From contig JBDRNC010000018.1 in NCBI GenBank assembly GCA_043811535.1, positions 1-64,000 on the forward strand: a stretch of DNA of 64,000 bases, written 5' to 3'. This DNA is from Elusimicrobiota bacterium (GTDB taxonomy: Bacteria; Elusimicrobiota; Endomicrobiia; Endomicrobiales; JBDRNC01). Below are positions 40,287 through 50,047 of the stretch, in pieces; within the stretch, counting starts at the first letter, position 1, and every line of letters begins with the position of its first letter. The position numbers and the translations under genes were made by a program. A model generated the notes under the pieces. The model was not told the origin of the DNA. It did no database searches and saw only the letters and a list, made by a program, of their open reading frames with translations.

Positions 40287-40463
40287 AGTCATTTTCAGTT
40301 TTTCTGACTGCCCGAAAAGCGGAAATATTCATACCCGCGCCTTGCCGGCCTTCCCGCCGCAGTTTAACCGTTATAAAACTTCAGCTTCGACGACAATTGA
40401 TCTTCTAGCCCTTTGCACGCCAGTCGCCCGAACTGCAACTGTAAAAATATTTCATTTCCGGGC

Positions 40464-40492
40464 TTGACAAGAAGCGAAAGTTATGCTAATAA
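40464..40492 (+). promoter_or_regulatory. Sigma70-type promoter of the lacI carbohydrate operon
   Basis: TTGACA-17 bp-TAATAA with TGn; followed by repeats gttgcgtaatt/gttgcataatt and palindrome gtaat-t-attac (possible operator). Confidence 0.6.
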
Positions 40493-40567
40493 TAAGGTTG
40501 CGTAATTATTACATTCGTTGCATAATTTACTCATATTATATATCACATTCATTTTTAAAGGATATTT

Positions 40568-41608
40568 ATGAAAAGAAAGAAGATTACAGTCCATTCAATC
40601 GCGAAAGAAATGGGTGTTTCTGTCGCCACAGTTTCCAGGGCATTGAACGATATGCCCCGCGTTGACAAGCGGCTTCAGCTGAAAATCAAGAATTTTGCCG
40701 AGAATATCGGCTATGACAGGTACCTGCGGTCCGCGTCTAGGAACATGAAATTCATCGTTATCATAATAGGCAGGGCCGGCGGGCACCTGATAGAGCAGAT
40801 TGGGAACGGAATTGATGACAGGCTGAGAAAGACCGGCTACTATGAGTTGCGATACCTGATAGACGAAAGAGCGGAACTTGACAGCGAGGCAAAAAAAGAG
40901 CTGTTCCTTAAAAATATCATCTCCGAAAGAGGCGTTGCCGGCGTGATGAGCGTCTTTGTCAAACTTTCCGATGTTTCAATCAACAATCTCTATAAACACA
41001 ACCTTCCGGTCGTTCTGCTAAACAATTACACGGATTTCGGCAAGTGTGTCACAATAAACAACTTCAAGGCAAGTTATAACGCGGCCAAGGCCTTTATTGA
41101 TCTCGGACGGAAAACCATCGGATGCATAATGCCCCGCGAAGAAGTGGACCAGGTCTGGACCGACAGGATTGCCGGGTACAAAACCGCTTTAAGGGAGAAC
41201 GGGCTTGAGTTCAACCCCAACCTTGTCATTCACGAAGACGACTGCGGTATGAAAGAGGCGGGCATGGCCACGAAACTCTTGCTGGACAAAAATCCCGGAA
41301 TTGACGCCATTCTCTACGGAAGCGACATACAGGCGTACGGCGGCATGAAAATGGCTATTGAACTGGGCAGAAAGATACCCGAAGATATCGCCGTTATAGG
41401 TTTTGACGACATGCAGACAAATAAAATGGTCACGCCGTCCCTGGCATCCGTCAGCCAGCCGATGCTTGAAATGGGAAAGCTCGGCATTGAAATGCTTCTA
41501 AGAAGCATTGAGAACAAGGATTTTTCCCACGAAGAAATCATTTTAAACACCGAATTGAAACTCGCCAAAAGCATCCTCGCCAATTACGAGGAAGAAAAAT
41601 GGAAATGA
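40568..41608 (+). CDS. LacI-family transcriptional regulator
   Basis: HTH TVHSIAKEMGVSVATVSRALN; C-terminal IPEDIAVIGFDD...PSLASVSQP..EMG. Confidence 0.95.
   Translation: MKRKKITVHSIAKEMGVSVATVSRALNDMPRVDKRLQLKIKNFAENIGYDRYLRSASRNMKFIVIIIGRAGGHLIEQIGNGIDDRLRKTGYYELRYLIDERAELDSEAKKELFLKNIISERGVAGVMSVFVKLSDVSINNLYKHNLPVVLLNNYTDFGKCVTINNFKASYNAAKAFIDLGRKTIGCIMPREEVDQVWTDRIAGYKTALRENGLEFNPNLVIHEDDCGMKEAGMATKLLLDKNPGIDAILYGSDIQAYGGMKMAIELGRKIPEDIAVIGFDDMQTNKMVTPSLASVSQPMLEMGKLGIEMLLRSIENKDFSHEEIILNTELKLAKSILANYEEEKWK
41564..41603 (+). repeat. 40-bp direct repeat, copy 1 (lacI 3' end)
   Basis: 38/40 identical to 45022-45061. Confidence 0.95.
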
Positions 41609-44355
41609 AAAATCTTCTTGTTTGCGCTCTATTAACGCTGTTTACTGCGGACCTGTCCGTAATTGCCGCTCAGAACATAAAGGTCACCGCCTCTTCTTCC
41701 GACAACGCGGAATTCATACCGGAAAAGACGGTTGACGACGACATAAATACCCGCTGGTCCAGCAAGTTTAAGGACAACCAGTGGATAATCATTGACCTTG
41801 GGGTCGAAAAAGAAATTGCCGGCTTGAAGATAGTTTGGGAAACAGCATCCGGGAAAGAATACAGGATATTAGGCTCAAACGACAAAATAAAATGGGAATT
41901 ATTAAAAGAGCAAAAAGACGGGAAGGGTGGTATTGAAATATTGAGTTTCCCCCCCGTGAAAGCAAGTTACGTTAAATTGGAGCTGGTCAAGCGCGCAACC
42001 GAATGGGGGTTCTCTATCTGGGAATGCGCGTTTCTGACAAAACAGGATATTGAAAAGATACCCGCCGGCTATTTGAAAGCGGGGCGTATGCCGTCTACCG
42101 CGACTGTTTTGGAAGAACCTAAACAAACAATAAATGGTTGGGGGTGTGAACCGGTTTTCGAACTTCACGAGGATCAATATAGCAATTTCCTGAGTTTTGA
42201 AAAAGTAAGGGAAACCGTTTATAAAGATCTCGGCGTTACGATAATACGCTTGAATATTCAATGGATTTTTTACGATTCGGCCCGCAACGACGGTTCGTTA
42301 AACACAAAACCTATTGATTGGCTGATAAACAGATTCATTTTGGACGCGCGGAAATACGGAATAACACAATACTTCTATACTATCCCCTCTCCTCCGGAAC
42401 CCTTTAAAACCTATTACACCTGGGTGGCATACGGCGGGCCGGACAAGACCCCGAACAGGTTAATGGAATCAAAAGAGGATAACTTCGTCAAATATATAGT
42501 AGATTTTTTAAAATACGTTGAGAGCAAGGGCGGCGGTTTGCCCGTCGGTCTCGCCATACAAAATGAATTAACTTCAAAATGCGAAGGTCCCGCGGCCGTA
42601 TACAACAGGGAACAATACCAGCGAGTTGCCAAGAAACTCAGGAAAGCCCTGGACAAAAACATGCTCAACAAGGTGTTGATAATCGGGCCGGAGAGCGCGG
42701 ACATAGATGACAATTGGTTAATTCTCGGAGGGATTGACTTACCCGACTTAAAAAATGACAAAGAATTGAATAAAGCAATCGGAGGAATCGCGCATCACAC
42801 GTACGACCAATATGATTTTGGCACGAAAGACCCCGCTTTAATGAAAAGATACAATGACGCGGCTGTAAAGACGGGAAAAGACCTTTGGATGACAGAGTGG
42901 AGCGGCCCGATGGGCAGGGATTGGTTTGAAAAAGTCATTAATGGCTCGCGGCATTTAATCAGGGATCTTGTTTTAATTCAAAACAATTATTACAGCTGGT
43001 TTCTGGGCTGGCAGTATAATGACAAAATCGATCAGAACTATTATGCCCTGACTTATAGCAAGAATAATAATCCAAAAATAACCAAAATGGGCCGCGTTTT
43101 GCAGAAATTGTTCCACAGCGCCCCTCCCGGCTGCGTTGTGAAACATTTGACTACGGACGATCCCGATCTGAAAACCAATGACAGCTACTATATAGACATG
43201 GTCGCGTTTGAAAGCAAGGATTCCATGGTTGTGATGCTGGTGAATCACACCGCAAAAGACAAGGAAATGGAAGTAAAGGGGCTTAAAGGCAAGGGCGTGA
43301 GTGTATATCAGACGACGCAAACGGCGGACATGGCGTTGAAAGACATAAAAGCGGTTAAATCGGGGACAACAAATGTGTCGCTTCCGGCGTACAGCGTGAC
43401 AATACTCGTGACCTCCGCGACATACACCACCGTTCCCCGCCGCGACGCCGCCTATTGGCCGTTTTCCGCGCAATCGCCATGGAACATGTCGATAGGTTCG
43501 GAAGCAATATACGAAAATATTGTCTCGGAAGGATTCAAGGTGACATCCGGCGCCAATATTAACTGTGAGAATTGGTCAATGCCCGTTTACGTCGCCAAGC
43601 CCACTGACCCTTTGAAGAAAATCCTTATGCCCAATTCCACACCTTCAAATCCCACGCTTGTTACCAAGATACCCGATGGCGCTCTTCCTGATAGACAGGC
43701 CGATGCCTCTTTCTTTGTGATCGAAGAGAACCATAGATACGTATATGAGCCTTGTAGAAGCATATTGGACGCCGACGGAAATTACCGTTGCGATGATCTT
43801 GTTACAAACGACCTGCAGGGCGATAATCTCTTTGACACATGGCACGGCAGTCGCGGGTACGGCGGTTCCGGGATAGCCGGTCTTATCCGGAAAGGCGAGT
43901 TGAAAAATGGAATCAGGCACTCTCTTGCTGTCGGGGTAAGACGGGAGGCGCTGAACAAGAATACGCTCAACGGGAAAGCCTATGTCTGGCCGGCTTCGGC
44001 AGCAGATGGCGGCTGGGAAACTACTTACGGCAATACCGGCAACATGCGCATGGGATCGCTCCTGGCAATCCCCCCTTCAGTGGATATCAAGACAATCGGC
44101 GTCGGAACTTCGGGTCCTGCATATGAAGTGGCAAAAGCTTTACAGGATTACGGAGCGTATATTGAGGATTGCATAAACGCGAATATGGCTTTCTACGTCG
44201 AGCCAGCAGCCGCATCCGAACTCGGAAACCTTAGGGAAAAAATGGGAATAATCATCCGGCACCTGCAGGTAATCACGAATAACAGTCCCGAAAGCGTAAA
44301 CGGGGGCGGGACGCCCCGCCGGGAATCGGCTCCTTTGTTTACAAATCTACAATGA
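41605..44355 (+). CDS. Secreted modular glycoside hydrolase: F5/8 (CBM32-like) + GH30-like TIM barrel/beta-sandwich + uncharacterised C-terminal domain
   Basis: Signal peptide; DDDINTRWSS...WIIIDLG...W.FSIWE; QTINGWG, AIQNE (acid/base), WMTEW (nucleophile); C-terminal PFSAQSPWN...MGSLLAIP...ALQDYGAY; ATGA overlap with the lacI stop. Confidence 0.8.
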   Translation: MKNLLVCALLTLFTADLSVIAAQNIKVTASSSDNAEFIPEKTVDDDINTRWSSKFKDNQWIIIDLGVEKEIAGLKIVWETASGKEYRILGSNDKIKWELLKEQKDGKGGIEILSFPPVKASYVKLELVKRATEWGFSIWECAFLTKQDIEKIPAGYLKAGRMPSTATVLEEPKQTINGWGCEPVFELHEDQYSNFLSFEKVRETVYKDLGVTIIRLNIQWIFYDSARNDGSLNTKPIDWLINRFILDARKYGITQYFYTIPSPPEPFKTYYTWVAYGGPDKTPNRLMESKEDNFVKYIVDFLKYVESKGGGLPVGLAIQNELTSKCEGPAAVYNREQYQRVAKKLRKALDKNMLNKVLIIGPESADIDDNWLILGGIDLPDLKNDKELNKAIGGIAHHTYDQYDFGTKDPALMKRYNDAAVKTGKDLWMTEWSGPMGRDWFEKVINGSRHLIRDLVLIQNNYYSWFLGWQYNDKIDQNYYALTYSKNNNPKITKMGRVLQKLFHSAPPGCVVKHLTTDDPDLKTNDSYYIDMVAFESKDSMVVMLVNHTAKDKEMEVKGLKGKGVSVYQTTQTADMALKDIKAVKSGTTNVSLPAYSVTILVTSATYTTVPRRDAAYWPFSAQSPWNMSIGSEAIYENIVSEGFKVTSGANINCENWSMPVYVAKPTDPLKKILMPNSTPSNPTLVTKIPDGALPDRQADASFFVIEENHRYVYEPCRSILDADGNYRCDDLVTNDLQGDNLFDTWHGSRGYGGSGIAGLIRKGELKNGIRHSLAVGVRREALNKNTLNGKAYVWPASAADGGWETTYGNTGNMRMGSLLAIPPSVDIKTIGVGTSGPAYEVAKALQDYGAYIEDCINANMAFYVEPAAASELGNLREKMGIIIRHLQVITNNSPESVNGGGTPRRESAPLFTNLQ

Positions 44356-44391
44356 AGTATACGTATTAAATAATAGACGGAGGTAAGTGTC

Positions 44392-45066
44392 ATGCTGTTG
44401 AAAACGCTTGCAGTGCTAATGCTATCCATTATATACATCAATAACGTTTCTTATGCGTCCGGAAATCTGCTGAAGAATCCCGGATTTGAGGTCAATTCCG
44501 GTCCCGAATCCAAAGCCGCTCAGAGCTGGACACCGGCGGGAGGCAACGTATTTCACATTTGGGACAATGAATACCACGGGGGTAATTTTTCCTTCAAGTT
44601 CTGGTGGGCCGGCAACGTTGTCCAGTCGCTTCCCGTAGTTCCTGGAAGCGAATACCGGTTTTCCGGATGGCTCTGCAATCCTTTAAGCGAACCTCTGCCG
44701 CCGAAAGGCACAAAATCGGCTTTTTTGAAAATGGAATTCATCTCGGCGGACAAAGGAATCATATGCGTCAAGGAAAGCGAGAGGTTCGACAGGGACAGGG
44801 AAGCCGGAAAGTGGTACCAGTTGAAAGTCAAGGGTTTCGCTCCTCCGAACACGGCCAGGATAAAAGTATCCTTTGAAATGAAAGGCGGCGATGGAGGCGG
44901 AGTCATTATCGGCGATGACATGTCGCTGGAAATACTGCGCACCGTCAAGCCGTCCTCTAAGCTTTATTCGATAAACCTGGAAGGCGACTGGCTTTTCCAA
45001 AAGGGAGATAAACCGGAATGGGCAAAAAGCATTCTCGCCAATTACGAGGAAGAAAAATGGAGGTAA
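44392..45066 (+). pseudogene. Truncated/chimeric paralog of the 1139-aa glycosidase (CBM-like domain + start of GH2-N domain) ending in a lacI tail
   Basis: Colinear with the 45716 protein up to LEGDWLFQKGDKPEW, then AKSILANYEEEKWR, matching the LacI C-terminus; may still express an intact CBM. Confidence 0.7.
45022..45061 (+). repeat. 40-bp direct repeat, copy 2
   Basis: gcaaaaagcattctcgccaattacgaggaagaaaaatgga. Confidence 0.95.
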
Positions 45067-45067
45067 C

Positions 45068-45631
45068 ATGTTTAGAAAAGTATTTGCAGTTGCAGGCATG
45101 CTTGTGTTGGTATCGGGTTTATGTGCAGCGGCACAGAATCTATTAAAGAACCCAGATTTTGAGGAAGTAACCTCGAGACAGGAGATCGATGATTGGAGCG
45201 CGATGGGCGGTGACGTATTCGAGACATGGGACAAGGAATTTCACAGCGCTTCTTATTCCGTTAAATTCTGGTGGCAAGGGCGCATAACGCAAAAAGTGGC
45301 TGCGACCCCGGGATCGGAATACGAATTATCCGCGTGGCTTTCAAGCCCTCTCAGCGAACCGCTTGAACAGAACGGGAATAAATTTGCTAAGATTAGAATT
45401 GATTTCCTGGATAAGGATCTCCAGGTTCTCGAAACGGCAAGAAGCTCCAAGTTTGACCATAAGATGGAAGCGGGCAGATGGTTCGAGGTAAAGCTCCGGG
45501 GAATCGCACCCCCAAATACCGCATATGCGGCCGCCATTTTTCAATTTTTTCCCGGCGAAGGGAAAGGCGTGGTACTCGTAGATGATTTAAGGCTAATCAC
45601 CCTAAAAGAAGCAAAAATCAAGCAGCGCTGA
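45068..45631 (+). CDS. Exported stand-alone carbohydrate-binding (CBM4/16-like jelly-roll) protein
   Basis: GGAGG RBS, signal peptide, NLLKNPDFE, PGSEYELSAW, VDDL. Confidence 0.75.
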   Translation: MFRKVFAVAGMLVLVSGLCAAAQNLLKNPDFEEVTSRQEIDDWSAMGGDVFETWDKEFHSASYSVKFWWQGRITQKVAATPGSEYELSAWLSSPLSEPLEQNGNKFAKIRIDFLDKDLQVLETARSSKFDHKMEAGRWFEVKLRGIAPPNTAYAAAIFQFFPGEGKGVVLVDDLRLITLKEAKIKQR

Positions 45632-45715
45632 AAGCTTCCGTAGAATCGGAATGGACATAAAGGGAGCGTGAGTTCTGCCGGCTTCTTCTTCCCAATAATC
45701 ACATAAACTGGAGGC

Positions 45716-48700
45716 GTGATGTACAAGGAACAGTTTTTGGCCGTTTTACTGCTTTTGCTTTCGGCGAGTTATTCTTTCAGCTCCGATAATCTTCTGAAAA
45801 ACCCCGGCTTGGAATTTAATGACGGGCAAGGGAGCAAGATAATAGACAGCTGGGAGTTAAAAGGCGGAGATAATCATGAGGTTTGGGAACAAGAGGTTCA
45901 CAGCGGCGAGTATTCGGTTAAATTCTGGTGGGAAGGAACGCTTTCGCAGAAAATACCGGCATCGCCAGGCACCGAGTATTCCCTCTCCGCATGGCTTGTT
46001 AATTCAGAGACTGAGCCGCTTTCCGAGGATGGAAGCAAGTCGGCGGTAATAAAACTGGAATTCTTGACCGGGAATTCAGAGATAGTAGGGACCAAAACAA
46101 GCGAGCCGTTCAACGGCAGCAATCCCGAAGGGAAGTGGTTGAAATACGAGATAAAGGCCCCAGCTCCGCCTAACGCTGTTTCTGTCAGAGCCGTTTTTGA
46201 ATTTCTTACAGGCAAGGGCGGCGGCGTTGTGTGCGCCGACGATCTGGAACTTTCGATTTCCGGCAAGCGCGATTCCAGCAACGTTGAATTCAGTAAAAGC
46301 CTGCAGGGCAAATGGCTTTTCAAGAAGGGCGATGATAATACCTGGTCAAAACCGGATTTCCAGGACAACGGGTGGTCCCCGATAGTGGCGCCGGGTCCAT
46401 GGGAACAAGCTTATCCCGACTATGACGGTTTCGGCTGGTACAGGATACATTTCACCGTCCCACCCGAGATCAAAGGCGACGATCTTTTCCTGCTCTTTGG
46501 CAGGATAGACGACGCGGATGACACATTTTTCAACGGTCATCTAATAGGTTCAACCGGGCGCATGCCCCCGGAATTCCTAAGCGCGTGGAATCTGACGAGA
46601 CAATACACAATCCCTTCCGAAAACATCAACTACGGCGGGGATAATGTCATTGCTGTCAGAGTTTATGACAACATGGGCGACGGCGGCATAATAAGAAGAC
46701 CCTTGAAACTCTTCAATACGGCCGGGCTTACAGAATATATCAGGCAAAATGAACAGAATGACCTGAAACTCGGAGAACCCCTAACATCGGACGAGATAAA
46801 GAAAGCTAAAAGGAAATTAGCGGGTAATAAGGCCTCTCGCATGAAAATGCTCAAGCTACCCAACGGCGGCTGGACTTTCATGACGCCCGAAGGAAAACCG
46901 TTTTACGCGCGCGGCATTGAATACGAGCCGCTGTCTATATACGAAGAGTTCGACCTTGAAGGCATAAAACGCGATATTGACCTTATAAAAGACGCCGGAT
47001 TCAACACTTTTACGGTATGGTGCATGGGTTTCCACGCCAACCAGGGCGCCGGCGGGCAACACCTGACTATAGACGAAATGGTGACACTTACCGAACTTGC
47101 CAGGGATAAAGGGCTTTACATACAGTTCTACCTTAACCTGGACAGGTTCACCCACCTGTTCCCGAAAGCCGTTCTGCCGAACGGCAAAGAGCATCATTTC
47201 GATATCGATTATTTCGATCCCGGATACCGCAAATTCATCAAGAATTTCGCAAAACGCCTCGCATACGCTTTGCTCCCCTACGATAATGTGACCACTATCG
47301 TGCCGTGGGAAGAGAAGTGGGCGATGAACGAAACCATAAGACAGGATGACGAGGATATTTACATTGAGTCCTTTTACGGCTCAAAAAGCGGCAAGGCGGC
47401 CTTCAAGAAATTCCTGACAGAAAGGCATTCAAATATCAAAAAACTCAACAAGGCGTGGGGCACTTCCTACAAAACGGTTGATGAGGCCATAAACGAATCC
47501 CTCCTGCAATACCAGGAAGGGGTCAGGGAAAATGACCGCCGCCAGTATGATATTCTTGAATTCGGCACGGTAATGCTAATTGATTACACCAAGGACTTCG
47601 TAAGCGCTTACAAATCAGTCGACCCGAAAATGCTTTTCCAGATCCGCAACTTTGACCTTTTCGGCCCCATCCGCACGGTGGACCCCCGTTATTCCTTCAT
47701 TGATTCGTTCGGAATAAACCAGTATTCCCTTGGAAATCAGGGCTACGACATCACGCTCAGGGAAGAGATAGTAAAAATGAAGCTCATATCGGGTGTCGTA
47801 GGCAAAGCTGCTTACGTCAGCAATTACGGTTTCAGGCCACTGACCAGAGACGGCGGCACGCACGGGCTCGTCCCCGACGACAGGATAAAGGCCCAGATGG
47901 CGGCTGACTCGCTCGCGCTGTGGTGCTTCCTGCCGGAGTTTGCGGGCGCGAGCTACGCCCAGTACATCCACATGGGATGGGAGGGCCCGTGGGAGATTGT
48001 TGAAAAATTCACGTGGAAACCTCTTCCGATTTACTATTCATTCAAGGCAGTCAACGCCCTACTCGCGAAAAACCAGGAACGGATTGCCGTATCCGATTAC
48101 GACGAGAAACCGCAGGTGTACGTTTTTCAGGGGCTTGACGCGTTCTACGAAATCTACCAGAGGACCTGGCTCGAGCACACTTCAATGAGCTGGGACCTGA
48201 CCGACATGAATCTCAATTACGGCGTCATCTGCGATAACGACAAGTTCTCCCCCGCCGAAAGACCCGTCATCATGGCCAATTTCCACGTTTATGACAAAAA
48301 ACTCGACGGAAAAACTGCGCAGAAACTGATCGACTACTGCGCGAAGGGCGGGACGCTCGTGATTGGCAACCATTTCGGCGTTTTTGACAGGTATTTACAG
48401 CTCAACGAAAGATTAAAATCCCGGCTGGATAAACTTCGAGGAATCAAAATTTCCGTGCTGAAGAAAGGGACGCTTAAAGTAACCGCCGCGAAGGAAAAAT
48501 ACGGCACTCCGGATTTTGAGGTCAAAAACACCTATTACGTCGAAGGCGACGCGGCCACGCTCGCTCCCGGCGCCGAGGTCCTGCTCTATATTAACGTTGC
48601 GGGTAAAAAATCACCCGGCCTCATAAAGAAAAAGTATAAAAAGGGCACGGTATATTACTTCCTGTACAACCCGTACCTGCAGGAGTTCTGGACCGACCCG

Positions 48701-49135
48701 AAAATCGAGAGCAGGACATCTCTCGCGTCGCTGCATTTCCTTTTCAGCGCCATGGGAATAAAACATGATTCCGAAAAACTCGGGAACAGGGGATTTGACC
48801 TGAAGGACGGCAGGATAAATGTCCGCGAAGAGGAAGTGCATCATTTAAACAACAAGGAGTTCGGGAAACTGGGAAAATACAAGGACGAATACGGCGAGGA
48901 CGGCGAGAGATACAGCGGAGGCGTCATAACGGATTACTTCGTTTCATTCCACGGCCGCAAGCTCAACGAAAGGGGCTGGCAGCTGAATTCATCCGAAAAT
49001 ACGTCAATAGCCGCCTGCGTTGACGGAAACGAACTGGATTTCTTCACGACCGACCCGGTTTTGCTCAATATCTCCAAAGACACGCTCAAGACGGAACAAA
49101 ACACGGAAAAGTACAAAATTTATCAGGCAAAATAA
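45716..49135 (+). CDS. Secreted modular GH-A clan protein: CBM-like + GH2-N sugar-binding domain + GH42-like barrel and trimerisation-like domain
   Basis: YDGFGWYR...GRIDDAD..FFNG..IG...NVIAVRV; RDIDLIKDAGFNT; FKKFL..H..I.KLNKAWGT; YCAKGGTLV. Confidence 0.75.
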   Translation: MMYKEQFLAVLLLLLSASYSFSSDNLLKNPGLEFNDGQGSKIIDSWELKGGDNHEVWEQEVHSGEYSVKFWWEGTLSQKIPASPGTEYSLSAWLVNSETEPLSEDGSKSAVIKLEFLTGNSEIVGTKTSEPFNGSNPEGKWLKYEIKAPAPPNAVSVRAVFEFLTGKGGGVVCADDLELSISGKRDSSNVEFSKSLQGKWLFKKGDDNTWSKPDFQDNGWSPIVAPGPWEQAYPDYDGFGWYRIHFTVPPEIKGDDLFLLFGRIDDADDTFFNGHLIGSTGRMPPEFLSAWNLTRQYTIPSENINYGGDNVIAVRVYDNMGDGGIIRRPLKLFNTAGLTEYIRQNEQNDLKLGEPLTSDEIKKAKRKLAGNKASRMKMLKLPNGGWTFMTPEGKPFYARGIEYEPLSIYEEFDLEGIKRDIDLIKDAGFNTFTVWCMGFHANQGAGGQHLTIDEMVTLTELARDKGLYIQFYLNLDRFTHLFPKAVLPNGKEHHFDIDYFDPGYRKFIKNFAKRLAYALLPYDNVTTIVPWEEKWAMNETIRQDDEDIYIESFYGSKSGKAAFKKFLTERHSNIKKLNKAWGTSYKTVDEAINESLLQYQEGVRENDRRQYDILEFGTVMLIDYTKDFVSAYKSVDPKMLFQIRNFDLFGPIRTVDPRYSFIDSFGINQYSLGNQGYDITLREEIVKMKLISGVVGKAAYVSNYGFRPLTRDGGTHGLVPDDRIKAQMAADSLALWCFLPEFAGASYAQYIHMGWEGPWEIVEKFTWKPLPIYYSFKAVNALLAKNQERIAVSDYDEKPQVYVFQGLDAFYEIYQRTWLEHTSMSWDLTDMNLNYGVICDNDKFSPAERPVIMANFHVYDKKLDGKTAQKLIDYCAKGGTLVIGNHFGVFDRYLQLNERLKSRLDKLRGIKISVLKKGTLKVTAAKEKYGTPDFEVKNTYYVEGDAATLAPGAEVLLYINVAGKKSPGLIKKKYKKGTVYYFLYNPYLQEFWTDPKIESRTSLASLHFLFSAMGIKHDSEKLGNRGFDLKDGRINVREEEVHHLNNKEFGKLGKYKDEYGEDGERYSGGVITDYFVSFHGRKLNERGWQLNSSENTSIAACVDGNELDFFTTDPVLLNISKDTLKTEQNTEKYKIYQAK

Positions 49136-49139
49136 AAAA

Positions 49140-49212
49140 TGGAGCTGATCGGATTTGAACCGACGGCCTCTTCCTTGCCGAGGAAGCGCTCTGCCAACTG
49201 AGCTACAGCCCC
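49140..49212 (-). tRNA. tRNA-Ala(GGC), CCA not encoded
   Basis: GGGGCTG acceptor with G3:U70, anticodon arm CTTCC-TCGGCAA-GGAAG, T loop TTCAAAT, discriminator A. Confidence 0.95.
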
Positions 49213-49283
49213 ACTTAAAAACAGTGATTAGTTATTAGAGATTAGTGATTAAGAACGGCTAAATACGTCTAATAAGTTCACTG

Positions 49284-49312
49284 AGTATATAAAAATATTG
49301 ACTGAAAGTCAA
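49284..49312 (-). promoter_or_regulatory. Sigma70-type promoter of tRNA-Ala
   Basis: Minus strand TTGACT-17 bp-TATACT. Confidence 0.7.
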
Positions 49313-49397
49313 TGTGAGGGTATACGGCTATTGAATGCCGGCTGCCCTTTTTTTGTCAGCTAAGCGACGTTGTTACACCCTTCACGAATTATACTAT

Positions 49398-49426
49398 TTG
49401 ACAAAATGCTATTCTTTTCATAGTAT
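49398..49426 (+). promoter_or_regulatory. Sigma70-type promoter
   Basis: TTGACA-17 bp-TAGTAT upstream of GGAGG-ATG 49460. Confidence 0.6.
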
Positions 49427-49459
49427 TATATTGAAGCATAATATCCTATAGGAGGACGC

Positions 49460-49990
49460 ATGAACAAAGTACTCGCCGTTTTTATTGCCCTGGCATTATT
49501 TGCATCACTATCCGTGGCCGCTCCTGCCGCTAATTCCGGAGCCGGAAAACTCGGTATCGGGTCTTCGGGAACAACTATCCCGGGCATCGGACTGCGTTAC
49601 TGGATCAGCGCCAAAAACGCATGGGATTTCAACCTTGGATTTCGTTCTGCCAAAGATTCATCTGATATGGGTTTTGGAGCCTCTTTTGTAAATGTCATGA
49701 AACAAACCTCGAACCTTAAGTACCTGTGGCTCGCCGGTCTGCAGTATATCGGCTGCTCAGCCAAAACCGCGGGAGTATCGTCAGATACCACGGATACAAT
49801 TCTTGGCTTCGGACTCGGGGTTGAATACAATTTCACCGAATTGCCCGATCTTTCTTTTAACGCTTTCCTCACGGGCATAGGCATAGACATGGTTAACAGG
49901 CCTGCTACCGCCATCACTCCTTCATCATCCGAAACCGTTTTCGCGTCAGACCCCAAGCTGGGCTTTGCGATAAGATATTACGTGAAATGA
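49460..49990 (+). CDS. Small exported protein, probable 8-stranded outer-membrane beta-barrel
   Basis: Signal peptide, GIGLRYW, GLGVEYNF..LPDLSF, terminal AIRYY. Confidence 0.7.
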   Translation: MNKVLAVFIALALFASLSVAAPAANSGAGKLGIGSSGTTIPGIGLRYWISAKNAWDFNLGFRSAKDSSDMGFGASFVNVMKQTSNLKYLWLAGLQYIGCSAKTAGVSSDTTDTILGFGLGVEYNFTELPDLSFNAFLTGIGIDMVNRPATAITPSSSETVFASDPKLGFAIRYYVK

Positions 49991-50007
49991 CGTTCTGTTA
50001 TGATAAG

Positions 50008-50039
50008 AAAAAGGCAGGGCTTTCGCCCTGCCTTTTTTT
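50008..50039. terminator. Bidirectional intrinsic terminator
   Basis: aaaaa-ggcagggc-tttc-gccctgcc-ttttttt between convergent genes. Confidence 0.92.
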
Positions 50040-50047
50040 CAACGTTC

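Noticed and set aside
40290..49212. tRNA-integrated island with att sites
   Set aside because: I found no duplicate of the tRNA 3' end at the left border and no integrase.
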